The notes under the pieces are model-generated. The model was not told the DNA's origin. It worked only from the letters and a program-made list of their open reading frames with translations, and did not search any database. Shown piece by piece: positions 1 through 11,993 of a stretch of 64,000 nucleotides of DNA. This DNA is from Octopus sinensis. Taxonomy: Eukaryota. Location of the stretch: NCBI RefSeq assembly GCF_006345805.1, contig NC_043013.1, forward strand, positions 1,860,001 through 1,924,000, read 5' to 3'. The translations under genes and the position numbers were made by a program. Position 1 is the stretch's first letter. Every line of letters begins with the position of its first letter.

Positions 1-780
1 CTCCCCAGATCATCACAGATCCTCCTTCATGTTTAACAGTTGGAAGAAGGCAGTCTGGGTCAAATGCTTCTTTTGGCTGTCTCCACGCGTATACTCGGCC
101 GGTGGTCGGAAATAAGGTAAAGGATGATACACCCGAGAAAATAATATTCTGCCGCTGCTCTGGAGACCAATTCTGTGGGGTTTTGCTCTATTCTAAACGC
201 TTTGCAACGTTTGTTTTTGAAAGTAGTGGTCTTCTGATTGCAGCCCTCCTATAAAATCCTGCTTTGTGCAGCTCTCGGTGAACAGTTTTTGCGGAAACTG
301 GGTCCTCGAAGTGATCATTAAGCTCTGCAGTAATTTTGGGAGCTGTACTTTCGTGATCCTTTGTAACTATTTGCGTAAGAGTCCGACGGTCCTTACCTGA
401 AAGTTTTGGTTTTCTTCCGGAGTTTTGTTTCGACGAGGAGGTTTTCCCTCTTTCTCATAGGGTGTCATTACTTTCGAGACAGTACTTCTTGATACACCAA
501 ACATTTCGGCTGTTTTCGTTACGTTAGCGCCTACCATACAAGCACCAACAATTTGACCTCTTTGAAAGTCTGATAGATCTGTCATTTTAATGAATATTAA
601 TTACCTTTTTCTCATGATATCTGAAAAGAAAGAGCAATTTTAGAAAAACATATTAAGCAACACTAATAATAAATCAAAAAACATAAAAAGAAACAAGATT
701 TGACGGTTTTATAGATATTTCAAAATTATGATGCTATGATGTATGATGCTAGGTGTTTCCATTATTTTGTCCAACCCCTG
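1..780 (-). mobile_element. Tc1-family DNA transposon, defective, cut by window start
   Basis: ORF 367-585 gives a Tc1 HTH N-terminus (MTDLSDFQRGQIVGA...). A shifted frame continues DRRTLTQIV...KRLE*...IIFSGVSSF...TVKHEGGSVMIWG (first catalytic FSDES motif decayed). Terminus CAGGGGTTGGACAAAATAATGG at 780 abuts TA (781-782). Confidence 0.9.
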
Positions 781-790
781 TATATATATA

Positions 791-950
791 TACGACGAGC
801 TTCTTTCAATTTCCGTCTATCAAATCCACCCACGAGGATTTGGTCGGTCTGAAGCTATGGTAGAATACACTTGCCCAAGGTGCCACACAGCGGGACTGAA
901 CCCGGAACCATGTGGTTGGTAAGCAAGCTTCTTACCACACAGCCACTCCT
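791..950 (-). mobile_element. tRNA-derived SINE family B (CORE-like)
   Basis: Reverse complement has A-box TGGCTGTGTGG, B-box-like GGTTCAGTCCC and CORE-like GCACCTTGGGCAAGTGT. The same sequence recurs many times in the window. Confidence 0.8.
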
Positions 951-1271
951 TCGCATATGAAAACAACTTCAATAAAAAGCAAGATTCAAGATTTTACAGA
1001 TTCAAGATTCAATAGATTCAACAAGGAATAAAAGAACTCATCTTCTTCCACTCCGAATCTGAAGTCAGAGGTAGCATATATATATGTATATATGTGTATA
1101 TATATGTATATATATGTATATATATGTATATATATGAGCTTGAAACTCATATCAGAGTAACTCACAGTAAACATTATTATTAAAATTAAAATTAAAATTA
1201 TCCCCTCAAAAAGCTAATTTCTACTCATTCTTTCAAATATAAATGTGTGTGTATGTGTATATATATATATA

Positions 1272-2861
1272 CAGTGGGGGGAAATAAATATTCGTTCCTG
1301 TCAAAATTCTTTATTTATCTAATTTCTAATGAGCATAAATGGGATATACCAATACTATATTTGCATACACATGCATAAACTAAGAATATGCAAAGGAAAC
1401 TAGTAAATTATAGTTACTAAGGAATTTATATAAACTTATAAATATTTAGGGGTGAAAAAAGTATTCGTACAGAACATAAATAACTGATAATTCTGATTTA
1501 ATACTTCGTAGCATAACCATTATTCAGTTCCACTTCAACCAATCTCTTCTTGTAGTTCTTAATCAATGACTCATGTTTCTTTAGGAATTTTTCCCATTCT
1601 TCTTGACAAATTTTCTTCAAATCTCCAATGTACGTTGGGGCTCTTGAATGACTTTTAATTTTTAAATAACGCCACAAATTTTCAACGGGGTTCAATTCAG
1701 GTGACTGGCTTGGCCATTCTAATAATTTTGTATTGTGATCGACAATCCATTTTTTGGTAGACTTCGCCGTGTGCTTAGGATCGTTACCCTGTTGTAAAAC
1801 CTACCCTTCACAAAGCTGGAGCTTTTCTACAGAGTCCCATAAATTATTGTTAAAAATATTTTGGTACATCTCTGCATTCATTCTACCATCTATCACATGT
1901 AAATTGCCAGTACCATTTGCAGAGAAACACCACCACACCATGATGTTGCCACCTCCAAACTTTATGGTAGGAATTGTGTTTTTCGGCAAATAGGCAGTAC
2001 CATCTTTCCTCCAAACATGGCTACGCGAATTTCTTCCAAACAATTCAATTTTCCACTCGTCTGTCCATAGAACATTTTCCCAGAATGTATCAGGTTTATC
2101 TTTATGTTCATAAACATATTTTAAACGGGCATCTCTATGCCTTTTAGTCAAGAGCGGAGTTTTTCTAGGAGAGTTGTGACTTTAGTTCATTCCTATGAAG
2201 TTCATTGCTGATTGTTCATAGTCCCTGAAGCTAACAAATCTTCTTACAACTCCTTTCTGGTGATCATTGCGTTTTTTTCGATTCTTCACTTCATTTTTCT
2301 TAAAGATCTAGGGGAAATCTTGCACGGTGCATTGGATCATATTCTGTTTTCGACAGTTCCTAATTTTTTATATCTTTGAAAATATGGTAGAAAATGGAAT
2401 ACAAAGGGTCTCTAATATTTTCCTGTAACTTTTACCTGCTTTCCACTGTTCAATAATTAAGTTTTTCACTGTATTTGTGAGTTCTTTACTTTTCGCTATT
2501 ATTACGATACTACTTTATGTTGTCTCAGTGCTGAATGAAGAAGCTAATGTTTTGACACTTAAAAATGATAACTGATAAGATTATTGGAACAAATGAGAAA
2601 GTTCTAGTAAAAAAATATTATTTTAACAGTATTTTGTGGCATAGAAAATCATAAATTTATTCTTTACGAATACTTTTTTCGCCCCTAAATATTTATGATT
2701 GTATATAAATTCCTTAGTTACAATAATTTATTAGTTTCTTTTGCATATTCTTAGTTTATGCATGTGTATGCAAATATAGTATTGGTATATCCCATTTCTG
2801 TTCATAAGAAATTAGATAAATAAAGAATTTTGACATGTACGAATATTTATTTCCCCCACTG
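1272..2861 (-). mobile_element. Full-length Tc1 transposon (IR/DR type), transposase pseudogenised
   Basis: About 200-bp TIRs (1272-1470, 2664-2861) starting CAGTGGGGG, with TA on both sides. Transposase fragments read AKSKELTNTVK (ATG appears mutated to ATA), [27 protein letters not shown] (D to G), WPSQSPELNPVENLW and ...GYATKY* (stop at 1498), with frameshifts. Confidence 0.95.
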
Positions 2862-3089
2862 TATATATATAACAAATGAGAGAAAGAGAAAATGGAATTT
2901 ACAAAATTCTATATTAACAATAACAATCGTTTTGACCCATCTTGCATCGGTCCCCCGAGGGAGAGATCTGTACAGCAGGTTTTCCTTTGGAACATATTGG
3001 TAGTATAGAGAAAGACTTGCATGCATTGGCAACTGCTAGTCTTACACACACACGCACACACGACACACGACACACACAACACACACACA

Positions 3090-3127
<38 letters not shown>

Positions 3128-3545
3128 CCTCACCAAACTATGTCTTGGAGTGGAGCATTCGGGATGTGGATGTTCAATACTATCTTTAATAGATGACAAA
3201 GAGCAATGCTTTCTTGTAATAACGTGACAGAAAGATGAGTGGGGTTACAAATTAAATGGATATTTTATAGGAATATTCAATTGGCCCAAGTGCCAGGCCC
3301 AAGAAGATGAAAGATAAAAGTGGTTTCGGTGTAATTTGAACTCAGAACGTAGAAAAAAAAAAACAGATCTAAATACTTCACGATTCAGCCAATCCGCTAC
3401 ATGAATGTCACATCATACTGTTCCATGTCTTCTACATCTTATTAAAGACAACGCCAGTTATGTGTAGTTGTTGTTGTTGTAGTTGTGGTAGTGACGGTGG
3501 TGGTGGTGGTGGTGGTGATTTAACCTCGAGGTGGGGTCAGCTCTG

Positions 3546-3721
3546 ATGAAGCAAATTCTATTACCAAAGCATTCTGAGCATGTCCATTCCATCTTATATT
3601 CGGATACTGTGAGTCCATTATCCAATGTATCCTTCCTTTTATTAAAATATATTTTGAAAAAAATCTGACTGCTATTTCTTGCAGACCAAGCGACCACTCA
3701 TAGGATCCCCCCCCCCCATTG
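3546..3721 (+). CDS. Candidate upstream exons of gene A (3546-3608 and 3685-3721)
   Basis: Canonical short intron 3609-3684 (GTGAGT...CTGAC...TTCTTGCAG). It gives MKQILLPKHSEHVHSILYSDT|TKRPLIGSPPPI, ending in phase 1, compatible with exon 3974. The donor at 3722 (GTTCGA) is weak. Confidence 0.3.
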
Positions 3722-3973
3722 GTTCGATCGTTCTGTATTGATGTTTAGTAACAAGTTACCACTGATCAAGAACACACACACATACACACACACACTCACA
3801 CACACACACACACACACAACACACACACACACACACACCACACACCACATTTCACCAGGAATCGCCGCTGGGCCATGCAAAGCATACGCAATGTTGGCCA
3901 TGTAAAATATACGTAATCATTTTTTTTTGTAGGTGATAAACATTTATTTTTTATTATTTTTTTATTTTTACAG

Positions 3974-4111
3974 AAACCATTCCAATGAGACAACGAATTT
4001 TCCCTGTGTCGTTTTGGCAGCAACCGAACCGAACACCTCAAGCGTCTCCAGTAGACATCTATACCATTCTGCCACCATTGGAAAATCGCCACTCAGACGA
4101 GACTGTTACAG
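3974..4111 (+). CDS. Gene A exon with TEAD-binding omega-loop-like motif
   Basis: Long T-rich tract plus CAG acceptor (3971-3973) and AG|GTCAGT donor (4112); 138 nt, phase 1-1. Translation (E)TIPMRQRIFPVSFWQQPNRTPQASPVDIYTILPPLENRHSDETVT. Only this frame splices without a stop into the next exons. Confidence 0.75.
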
Positions 4112-4340
4112 GTCAGTTGTTTTCGTCAACTTTTCCATTGCTAATTATCTCAACATAAGATATTGCTAATTGTTTAGTGGATGATTATGGATTAGTTTAA
4201 TACACCAGTTTAGCACGTCAATATATCGCATGGTGTAATAATTAATTTATTACATGAATATAACTAATTCAGTAAACACACTTTGACATAATTTCATCGC
4301 GTGTTCTAACTGGTTTTGCTAAAATTCTCTCTTTCACACT

Positions 4341-4598
<258 letters not shown>

Positions 4599-4607
4599 TG
4601 TATGTAT

Positions 4608-4975
4608 GCATGGTGGCACTCCGTCGGTTACGACGACGAGGGTTCCAGTTGATCCGATCAGCGGAACAGCCTGCTCGTGAAATTAACGTGCAAGTGGCTG
4701 AGCACTCCACAGACGCGTGTACCCTTAACGTAGTTTTCGGGGAGATTCAGCGTAACACAGAGTGTGACAAGGCTGGCCCTTTGAAATACAGATACAACAG
4801 AAACAGGAAGAAAGAGTGAGAGAAAGTTGTGGGGAAAGAATACAGCAGGGCTCGCCACCAGACCGCTGCCGGAGCTTCGTGGAGCTTTAGGTGTTTTCGC
4901 TCAATAAACACTCATAACGCCTGGTCTGGGAATCGAAACTGCGATCCTCCGGCCGCGAGTCCGCTGCTCTAACCA
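4608..4975 (-). mobile_element. tRNA-derived SINE family D
   Basis: The minus strand starts GGTTAGAGCAGCGGACTCGCGG...TTCGATTCCCAGACC (tRNA-like head). Degenerate pieces of the same body occur near 31640-31750. Confidence 0.65.
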
Positions 4976-4982
4976 GCATGGA

Positions 4983-5560
4983 GGTCGATGTAATTCTGTT
5001 ATTCTGTTATTTGTTTCAACCCTAAGGTTGTGGCCATGCTGGGGCACCGCCAGTGTAATCACCTTTTAATTGGCCAATTCTATGTGATTGACTTTGGTTG
5101 AAGGTGGGAGTTCGATTCCGCTGCCCTCTTTTGAGCTTTCTGCCTTGATACTGGTTCATCTGGGATCATGGGATCTTGAAGACATCAACCCCCTACTCTA
5201 TGGAGATCCCTCAGATGTTTTGGTAAGACGTTAAATAGCTGTGTGTGAGCTCTTGAATCTCAAGCTATTGCACTATATGGTTCTCGCCTTAGATGGGACA
5301 GCTGGGACTTTTGGAACAGTGTAGTGACGTCCATTTTAAGGTCTGGTATAACTCTTAATTCCAACTTTGGTGCCAGCCCCTCCAGTACCTTTCACATATA
5401 TCACTGCATACTTCTTCCGTCTTCGCTCCAGGGAGTAGAGTCGTAGCTCTTTCAGTCTCTCCTAGTAGCCCAGCTGTTCCATTGATACAGTCTTCCTTGT
5501 GTAGCATCGCTGAACCGCCTCAAGTTCTGCTATTAATCTGACACTATAATTATTTATCTG
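4983..5560 (-). mobile_element. CR1/L2-group LINE, 3' fragment
   Basis: Minus-strand translation LEAVQRCYTRK...GY*ERLKELRLYSLERRRKKYAVIY matches the post-RT C-terminal motif of CR1/L2 ORF2. It ends in short (AACAGAAT)-type tail repeats. Confidence 0.75.
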
Positions 5561-5736
5561 TGTTATAAAGAATTTCTGGGGCTACAGAGACCATAGCTAC
5601 TACCATTGTACACGCAACCCAAAACATGAAATAAAGTTAACAACAGGATCAGTAAAAAACAATGTTGGTCTGTATCGGCAATTAGTGAATTCAAACAGTT
5701 CAAAGTAGAATAATTTGGTTTGTTGATAAAAAGTAA

Positions 5737-6052
<316 letters not shown>

Positions 6053-8034
6053 AATGAAATTAATAGGGATTAACAATTGTTCTGTCGTAGCAATAGGAAA
6101 GCATTGCGGGCCTCAGAAACTCTTCTCAACTTTCTGCTACTTGAAATCTGTAAGGATCTTGATGTTAATTTGTCCTAGAGTCAAGGTGATTTTTATGTCT
6201 TTATTTTTTTTATCGATATACGTGTAGAAATAGGTTTGGCATCGATGCTCTTTTTTTAATGCTAGCATAGTGTTACAACTGGGTAACCTTCCTGATGCCA
6301 ATCCTACCTGGTTTTTCGAGAAAGTTTTCTTTTTTAAAATTTTTATTCTGTGTCCTTAAAAGTGCAGTTTTAAAGATGATTTATTGATAAGGATTGGCAG
6401 CAAACTTCAGTCTCGTGCAAAACACGCTACAGAAACACTCACGGACATATTAACATCAGACCCCTTACAACTTGACGCAACCAAGTGTTTGCTCTCATCG
6501 TAGACTAAGTCTCTGTTAACTCAACGACTGCAAGCTAACGATACACGTGTTTACTATAGAATGTTTGCACTGCTTACACTTGTAAAGTATAAACCCTGCA
6601 GATGACCGAGACTCCATGTGTTAGCAGAAACACAGCAGCATGGTAACAAGATATATTAAACATTTCAGTCATTTGTCCGCTGCCCTATTGATCTGCCCCA
6701 TTCCCTATCGACTCTCATCTCATCACCATCCGTATATTAAAAACTGAGATTGGAATACTTTCGATGATACTGAATAAAAGATGAGGTGTATATTATAGAT
6801 TACGCGCCCAATTTTCAGTCACGATTTACTGTTAAAGTTAAATTACTTCAACGAAAGTTTAATAAGTAACGAAATAATCACTGTCGTCTGGATATTCCTG
6901 TTTTAAGACTTCCGCTTGTACTTTCGAAGAAGGACAGCTCAATTTCAATACAAAACACTACTTAAACTTATTTTCACTCATCATTGTATCGATTCATTGA
7001 AGAGGATTTTTTTTTTCTCTTTTGCTCGGCAACCATATTGATTGCAATCCGTCTGAGCCGTCTCCGGCATGTTGCAAGTTGCGACTTGTTTCAGTTTTAT
7101 TGACTCCGCTGTAGTCTTTTTTAGAAGACGGGATAGATTAGCTTTGTATTATCTGCTCAGTGAAACATCGTCTCCATTCACGATTCCATCCATATATGGC
7201 ACCTTTTAGAGCATAGAGGAAAAGAAATCGATATTTTGCCAGTAGCAACTGTATATGTATGAGTCATTGTTTATGCTGGAAATGCCATGCAAAGAAACTA
7301 CAATAGATTGCTTCCGCCTCGAGATAAACATTGTATTTTTTTCTAGTTACGATGTTTCATATCGTCTATTGAGATTTAATGTTAAAACCTTAGTAACTTT
7401 ATCTTGGGGAAACATTGTTTATACAATATATATGAGATATAATTTCATAAATGAGTCATACTTGAACTGGAGTCAGAGGAAATTTAGCAGAAATTTCAGA
7501 GCATTTCGTTGGATTAAAATGGTTTATGGGCGCAAGTAATACTGTGTGCTTAAGAAATTTACTCGGCAACTACGTGACTGTATGTTCAATCGTACTGCCC
7601 GGCACCTTGGGAAAATAGAGCCTGGGGTTGACGAAAGCCTTATGAGTGAAATTTGGTGAATGGAAACTGTGTAAAAATTCGCCAGAGAGACCCGTTTGTA
7701 ATGATGGCGGTGGTGGTAGTGTAGACTCTATCGATCGTCCGTTTTACCACTTGATACTTGGGTACACATTGTTGAAAGTAATTTGATCTGATCTTTAGGT
7801 TAAGCACAACGTCCTTTTCCCTGCTAGTAGACGCCGAGACCCTGAAAAAGGGTGCTGACCCCACTTCTCTGTTTTAGTCCCTTGAAAAAAAAATTTAAGC
7901 CGGAGTTGATTTTGCATTCAATGCCGTCGGGATCGATAAAAACATTTTGTCGGTAACATTTTTCAATCTATCCGGTCAATTACAGATGCTTGAAAAGTAA
8001 AATTAATATGCCTTCATTAGGATTTGTCTCATAA

Positions 8035-8350
8035 GACGGCGGCGAGGTTCATTAGCATGCTGGACAAAACGCCCAACGGCATTTCGTCCGCCTTTGCTTT
8101 CTGAGTTCAAATTCCACCGAGGTCGATTTTTGCCTTTCATCCTTTCAGGGTCGATAAAAATAAGATCATAGAAAATTCTTCCTGCTATAGAGCTGAAACT
8201 TTAGGGGGAACGGGCAAGTGGATTACATTGATCCTAGTACTCAACTAGTACCTGTTTTATCGACCCCGGAAGGATGAAAGGCGAAGTCGAATTTGAACTT
8301 AGAACGTAAAGCTGTTTTCCCGGAGTGTTAGCGATTCTGCCAGATCGTAG
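8035..8350. mobile_element. Two family A SINE copies in inverted, tail-to-tail orientation
   Basis: 8035-8165 (+) contains GCCTTTCATCCTTTCAGGGGTCGATAAAA; 8200-8350 (-) contains TTTTATCGACCCCGGAAGGATGAAAGGC. Confidence 0.75.
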
Positions 8351-8487
8351 CCGTAAACGACAACGTAAGAAATCCTTTCTACTTATATAGCTATTGATGA
8401 ACAATAGCACCATTGGTTACAGTTTTCTAACATGTCAATCATTGGTTCCTTATATTTCTGTGGTAAGGGAGTGCCTGTTGCTTGATA

Positions 8488-8617
8488 CAGAACAAATACT
8501 GCAAAGGATTTCGATCGGAAAACCCTGGCTTTTTCGTCAGGTCACTGATGTTTATTAACTCTCTCTCCCACCTCTCTCTCTCATCTCTCCTCCTCTTCCT
8601 CTCTCTCTCTCTCTCTC

Positions 8618-8655
<38 letters not shown>

Positions 8656-9046
8656 ATGTATGACCGTGTTGTTAACGTTATAAGAATTTATAAACTTCGA
8701 GAAAATATCAAAATAATTCTTTGAAGGAAAAGTGGATCTCGAAGCAGACAAAGCTATAAGTAACAGCATGTAAATATTGAGCATTCATCTTTTCGAGGGT
8801 CGATAAATTAAGTACCAGTGTAACACTGGGGTCGATGTAATCGACTAGTCCCCTCGCCCCCCCCCCGCCCTAAATTCAGGCCTTGTGTTTATAAATTCTT
8901 GTAACACGGACATACACACGTGTGTGAGAGACAGAGAGGGGGGGAGGAGACAGAGAGGAGAGAGGAGAGAGAGTTTATAAATATCAGTGATCAGACGAAA
9001 AAATCCGGGGTTTTCCGATCGAAATCCCTTGCAGTAATTTGTTCTG
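8488..9046. repeat. Imperfect inverted duplication (arms 8488-8695 and 8887-9046)
   Basis: Both arms read CAGAACAAAT(T)ACTGCAARGGATTTCGATCGGAAAACCC...TCACTGAT.TTTAT.AACTCTCTCTCC, then CT/CA microsatellite, then ACACACGT.TGTATG.CCGTGTT...AAGAATTTATAAAC. Confidence 0.9.
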
Positions 9047-9943
9047 AAATAAAACAAAATAAAATAAAATAAGATTCCTTTATAAATATTTTACCAAACT
9101 TTCTTTTCTGAGAAGAGATTTATGAAAAACTCCATCTTAGGAAAAGATGGCGATTATTTCTAGCCGATCAAATAACTATAATGAGTCTCTTTTGTTGACT
9201 CATAGATAGTGAAATCGAATTATTAGGGACAATTCACGAGGTTGTTGGCTCCTCTTCGATGCGATCTCTCGTCTCTAATTTTTCTTTGTTCTTTTTGAAA
9301 TAGAAATATGTAACTTGAAGGACATCTAGCTACTATTTCTTGCGATTCCAGTAACCACGTAGATGATGTTAGTTGATTTGTGTGCATGCAAGTAGCATTT
9401 TGTTCATGGGGGTTTAACAAGTAGTAACATGGGTTTAGTCAGGATTGCCACGCTGTGTTGGCGAATGAACTTTACTATCCAGTAATGTTACTACACAGAT
9501 TTCAATCAGAGATTTAAAACTAATTGCTTTTCTCCTTACGAAATTAGCGACTGTGTCTCTTTGAAAAGTATATACGGTGAATAAGGTCCGCTGGCTGCTG
9601 TCTCTAGCCAGGTGGTTGCCCAGCACCGAGCTCAGAAACCATTTGTTTGTTGGTAATGCTAACGGCTAGAAGGAAGCAGGGAGCCCTCTTGCTTACAGTA
9701 TGTCTAGGATACAGATCATGTGTCGATAAACCAGCTGGAAAAGATGTTTTCCTGGGGTTACAAAGTAGCTACATAGTCCTGGTCAGGTCTGCCACGTTAT
9801 GTTGGCAAATAAACTTCACTACACACACACACACACACACACACACCACACACACACACAAAGAGGTAGTTACTTAAAAATTAAGTCTATAATAAGCTGT
9901 CATTAATTCTAAAGATTCCAATATCGTATTTCTTTTCATTCAG

Positions 9944-10094
9944 GAATTCTTCAAATGATTCAATCCTCAACAAGAACACAGGATATGAAGCCCGCAGAAA
10001 CGAAATATAAAGTGTTCGAATCTGAAAAAGCTGCATATTTTATGGAGAAAATGTTTTCGGTGCTTAAACCGGATAAAAATAATATGAAACGAAA
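9944..10094 (+). CDS. Gene A internal exon
   Basis: Acceptor TATTTCTTTTCATTCAG and donor AA|GTAAGA; 151 nt, phase 1 to 2. Translation (G)ILQMIQSSTRTQDMKPAETKYKVFESEKAAYFMEKMFSVLKPDKNNMKR(K). It bridges exon 3974-4111 to exon 11732 exactly in frame. Confidence 0.75.
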
Positions 10095-10112
10095 GTAAGA
10101 TTGGTATATCTT

Positions 10113-10520
10113 TTATCTTTTATCTTGTTTCTGTCATTGGGCGGCGGCCACACTGGGGCACCGCCATGAAGGGTCTTGTCCAACAAATTGATTGCAGTAC
10201 TTATTTTTTAATCGCAGTACTTTTTCTATTGATTTCTATTGCCTAACTGCTAAGTTACGGGACGTAAACAAACCAACACCGATTTCCAGCGGGGGAGGGG
10301 GAACAAACACTAACGCACACATACACACACACACTCATATACTCATACACACACACACACACATACGACGGCCTTCCATACAGTTTCCACCAACCAGTTC
10401 ACTCACGAAGGATTGGTTGACCTAGGGCTATAATAGAAGACACACACCCAAGGTGCTGCGCTGTGTAATTGATTCTGGAACCGTGGGATTGCAAAGCGAG
10501 CTTCTTAACCATACAGCCAT
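10113..10520 (-). mobile_element. SINE family B, full length with internal (CA)n
   Basis: Head, CORE-like block and GGCGGTGCCCCAGT.TGGCC tail; lies just after the exon donor at 10095. Confidence 0.7.
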
Positions 10521-10998
10521 GTCTCCGCCTACAGGCTGGGCCAAAAGCCATGTCTCCGCCTACAGGGTGGGCCAAAAGCCATGCACAAAATAAGTTCAAT
10601 AAACTCCGGAATTGTCAAAGACATGGTTCGATTTTCTAAAATTGAATAAAATAATTAAAATAATGAGTAATACACATGTAATTGTACTTGATGAACAAAA
10701 TGAATAAAGAGGATTCAAGGGGCATTTCACTGCGATTTATAGCAGATCGAGTCAGCTCGTAACAGATGCCGCCCTGGTTCATTGGTTATGGCGTCACTGA
10801 TGGCGAAGCTGTTATGGTGTCGTAGATAATGTTGAAGTTCTGAAGGAGGGTTGTGATCATAGCAGTGGTAGTGGCGGAGGTCATTGTTATTGTTATTGTG
10901 GTGGTGATGAGGTGATGATGGTGGAGGTGGAGGTGATGAGGTGATGGTGGTGGAGGTGGTGTTGGCGGTTATTGCTAGCTTCGTTGCTGTCGCCTTGC

Positions 10999-11110
<112 letters not shown>

Positions 11111-11276
11111 TAGGGAGTATGGCTCCAAACTTACAGGGAAAAATTAGATTTAGGATTAAATCAAATTTCACAGCATAAATATATAAAATATGAATTAGAG
11201 ATAAAACCACTATTTGGCAACTTATTATATTATATTTATCATTCTTTTTATACTTTTTGGAAAAAGAAATTATTTA

Positions 11277-11315
<39 letters not shown>

Positions 11316-11501
11316 TATATTAATTATATTTATATTATTTCTTATTTATGTATTGGTTTATGTCTATCACCGTTTGAGTTGCCTAATAGCGGTTTTATCT
11401 CTAATTCATATGTTATATATATATTAATAGTAATGGTAAGACAACAAAAGAATGAATGGGACCGCGATATTATGTAAATAGAGGAATTTATCAGTAATAT
11501 G

Positions 11502-11657
11502 ATATGTGACAATTATTCGGTTGCCATAATAAGACTCCGAGTTTCGGATGTCGGGACGGAAAACTGCTCCGGCATCTCGTCAGTTATCGAGGCAATCAAA
11601 AAATGCTACATCCGAAACACGGAGTTTTATTATGGCAACCGAATATTTGACACATAT
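11502..11657. repeat. Fold-back element / small MITE-like hairpin (50-bp arms)
   Basis: 11502-11551 ATATGTGACAATTATTCGGTTGCCATAATAAGACTCCGAGTTTCGGATGT is the near-perfect reverse complement of 11608-11657; 56-nt spacer. Confidence 0.9.
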
Positions 11658-11665
11658 TATCTTAC

Positions 11666-11700
<35 letters not shown>

Positions 11701-11731
11701 AAAGGTAATTGTAACTTGTTCTTTCTTACAG

Positions 11732-11993
11732 AACTAAGAAATCTTTGGTACAAAAAAGTGATAGCCCTGATTTATTGAATGGAAACGATCCTTTCTTGGT
11801 GGAAAACATCACAGAGAAGTTCCTGCCACTGAGTCTCAATGAAAGGAACACGATTCAGTCGTATGAAGATGCACCTATCAAGTTTCAGTACATTCCTCTG
11901 GAAAGAGAAACGGAGCCAACACTTTACCTCCCCAGCATGGTGCAGGATCGGAACTACTCAAAAATTCTTTCGAAAATTGTCGAAATGATTTAA
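11732..11993 (+). CDS. Gene A terminal coding exon
   Basis: Acceptor TTGTTCTTTCTTACAG, phase 2. Translation TKKSLVQKSDSPDLLNGNDPFLVENITEKFLPLSL...EPTLYLPSMVQDRNYSKILSKIVEMI* (ORF track 11745-11993); non-repetitive, protein-like composition. Confidence 0.75.

Noticed and set aside
2914-3030. Cys-containing peptide LPICSKGKPAVQISPSGDRCKMGQNDCYC resembling a lustrin/WR1-type repeat
   Set aside because: No convincing splice sites bound it in this frame and the Cys pattern is incomplete; likely chance.
3259-3320. Potential gene A upstream exon EYSIGPSARPKKMKDKS (phase 1)
   Set aside because: It overlaps a decayed reverse-oriented SINE A (GATGAAAG...AATTTGAACTCAGAACGTA), and the donor GTTTCG is poor.
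3933-4169. ORF-track frame NHSNETTNFPCVV... for the gene A exon
   Set aside because: Spliced to exon 9944 this frame hits a stop after about 22 codons, and it has no recognisable motif.
10515-10583. 31-bp unit repeated 2.2 times (CRISPR-repeat-like length)
   Set aside because: There are no spacers and no cas genes; it is a simple tandem duplication at a SINE end in eukaryotic DNA.
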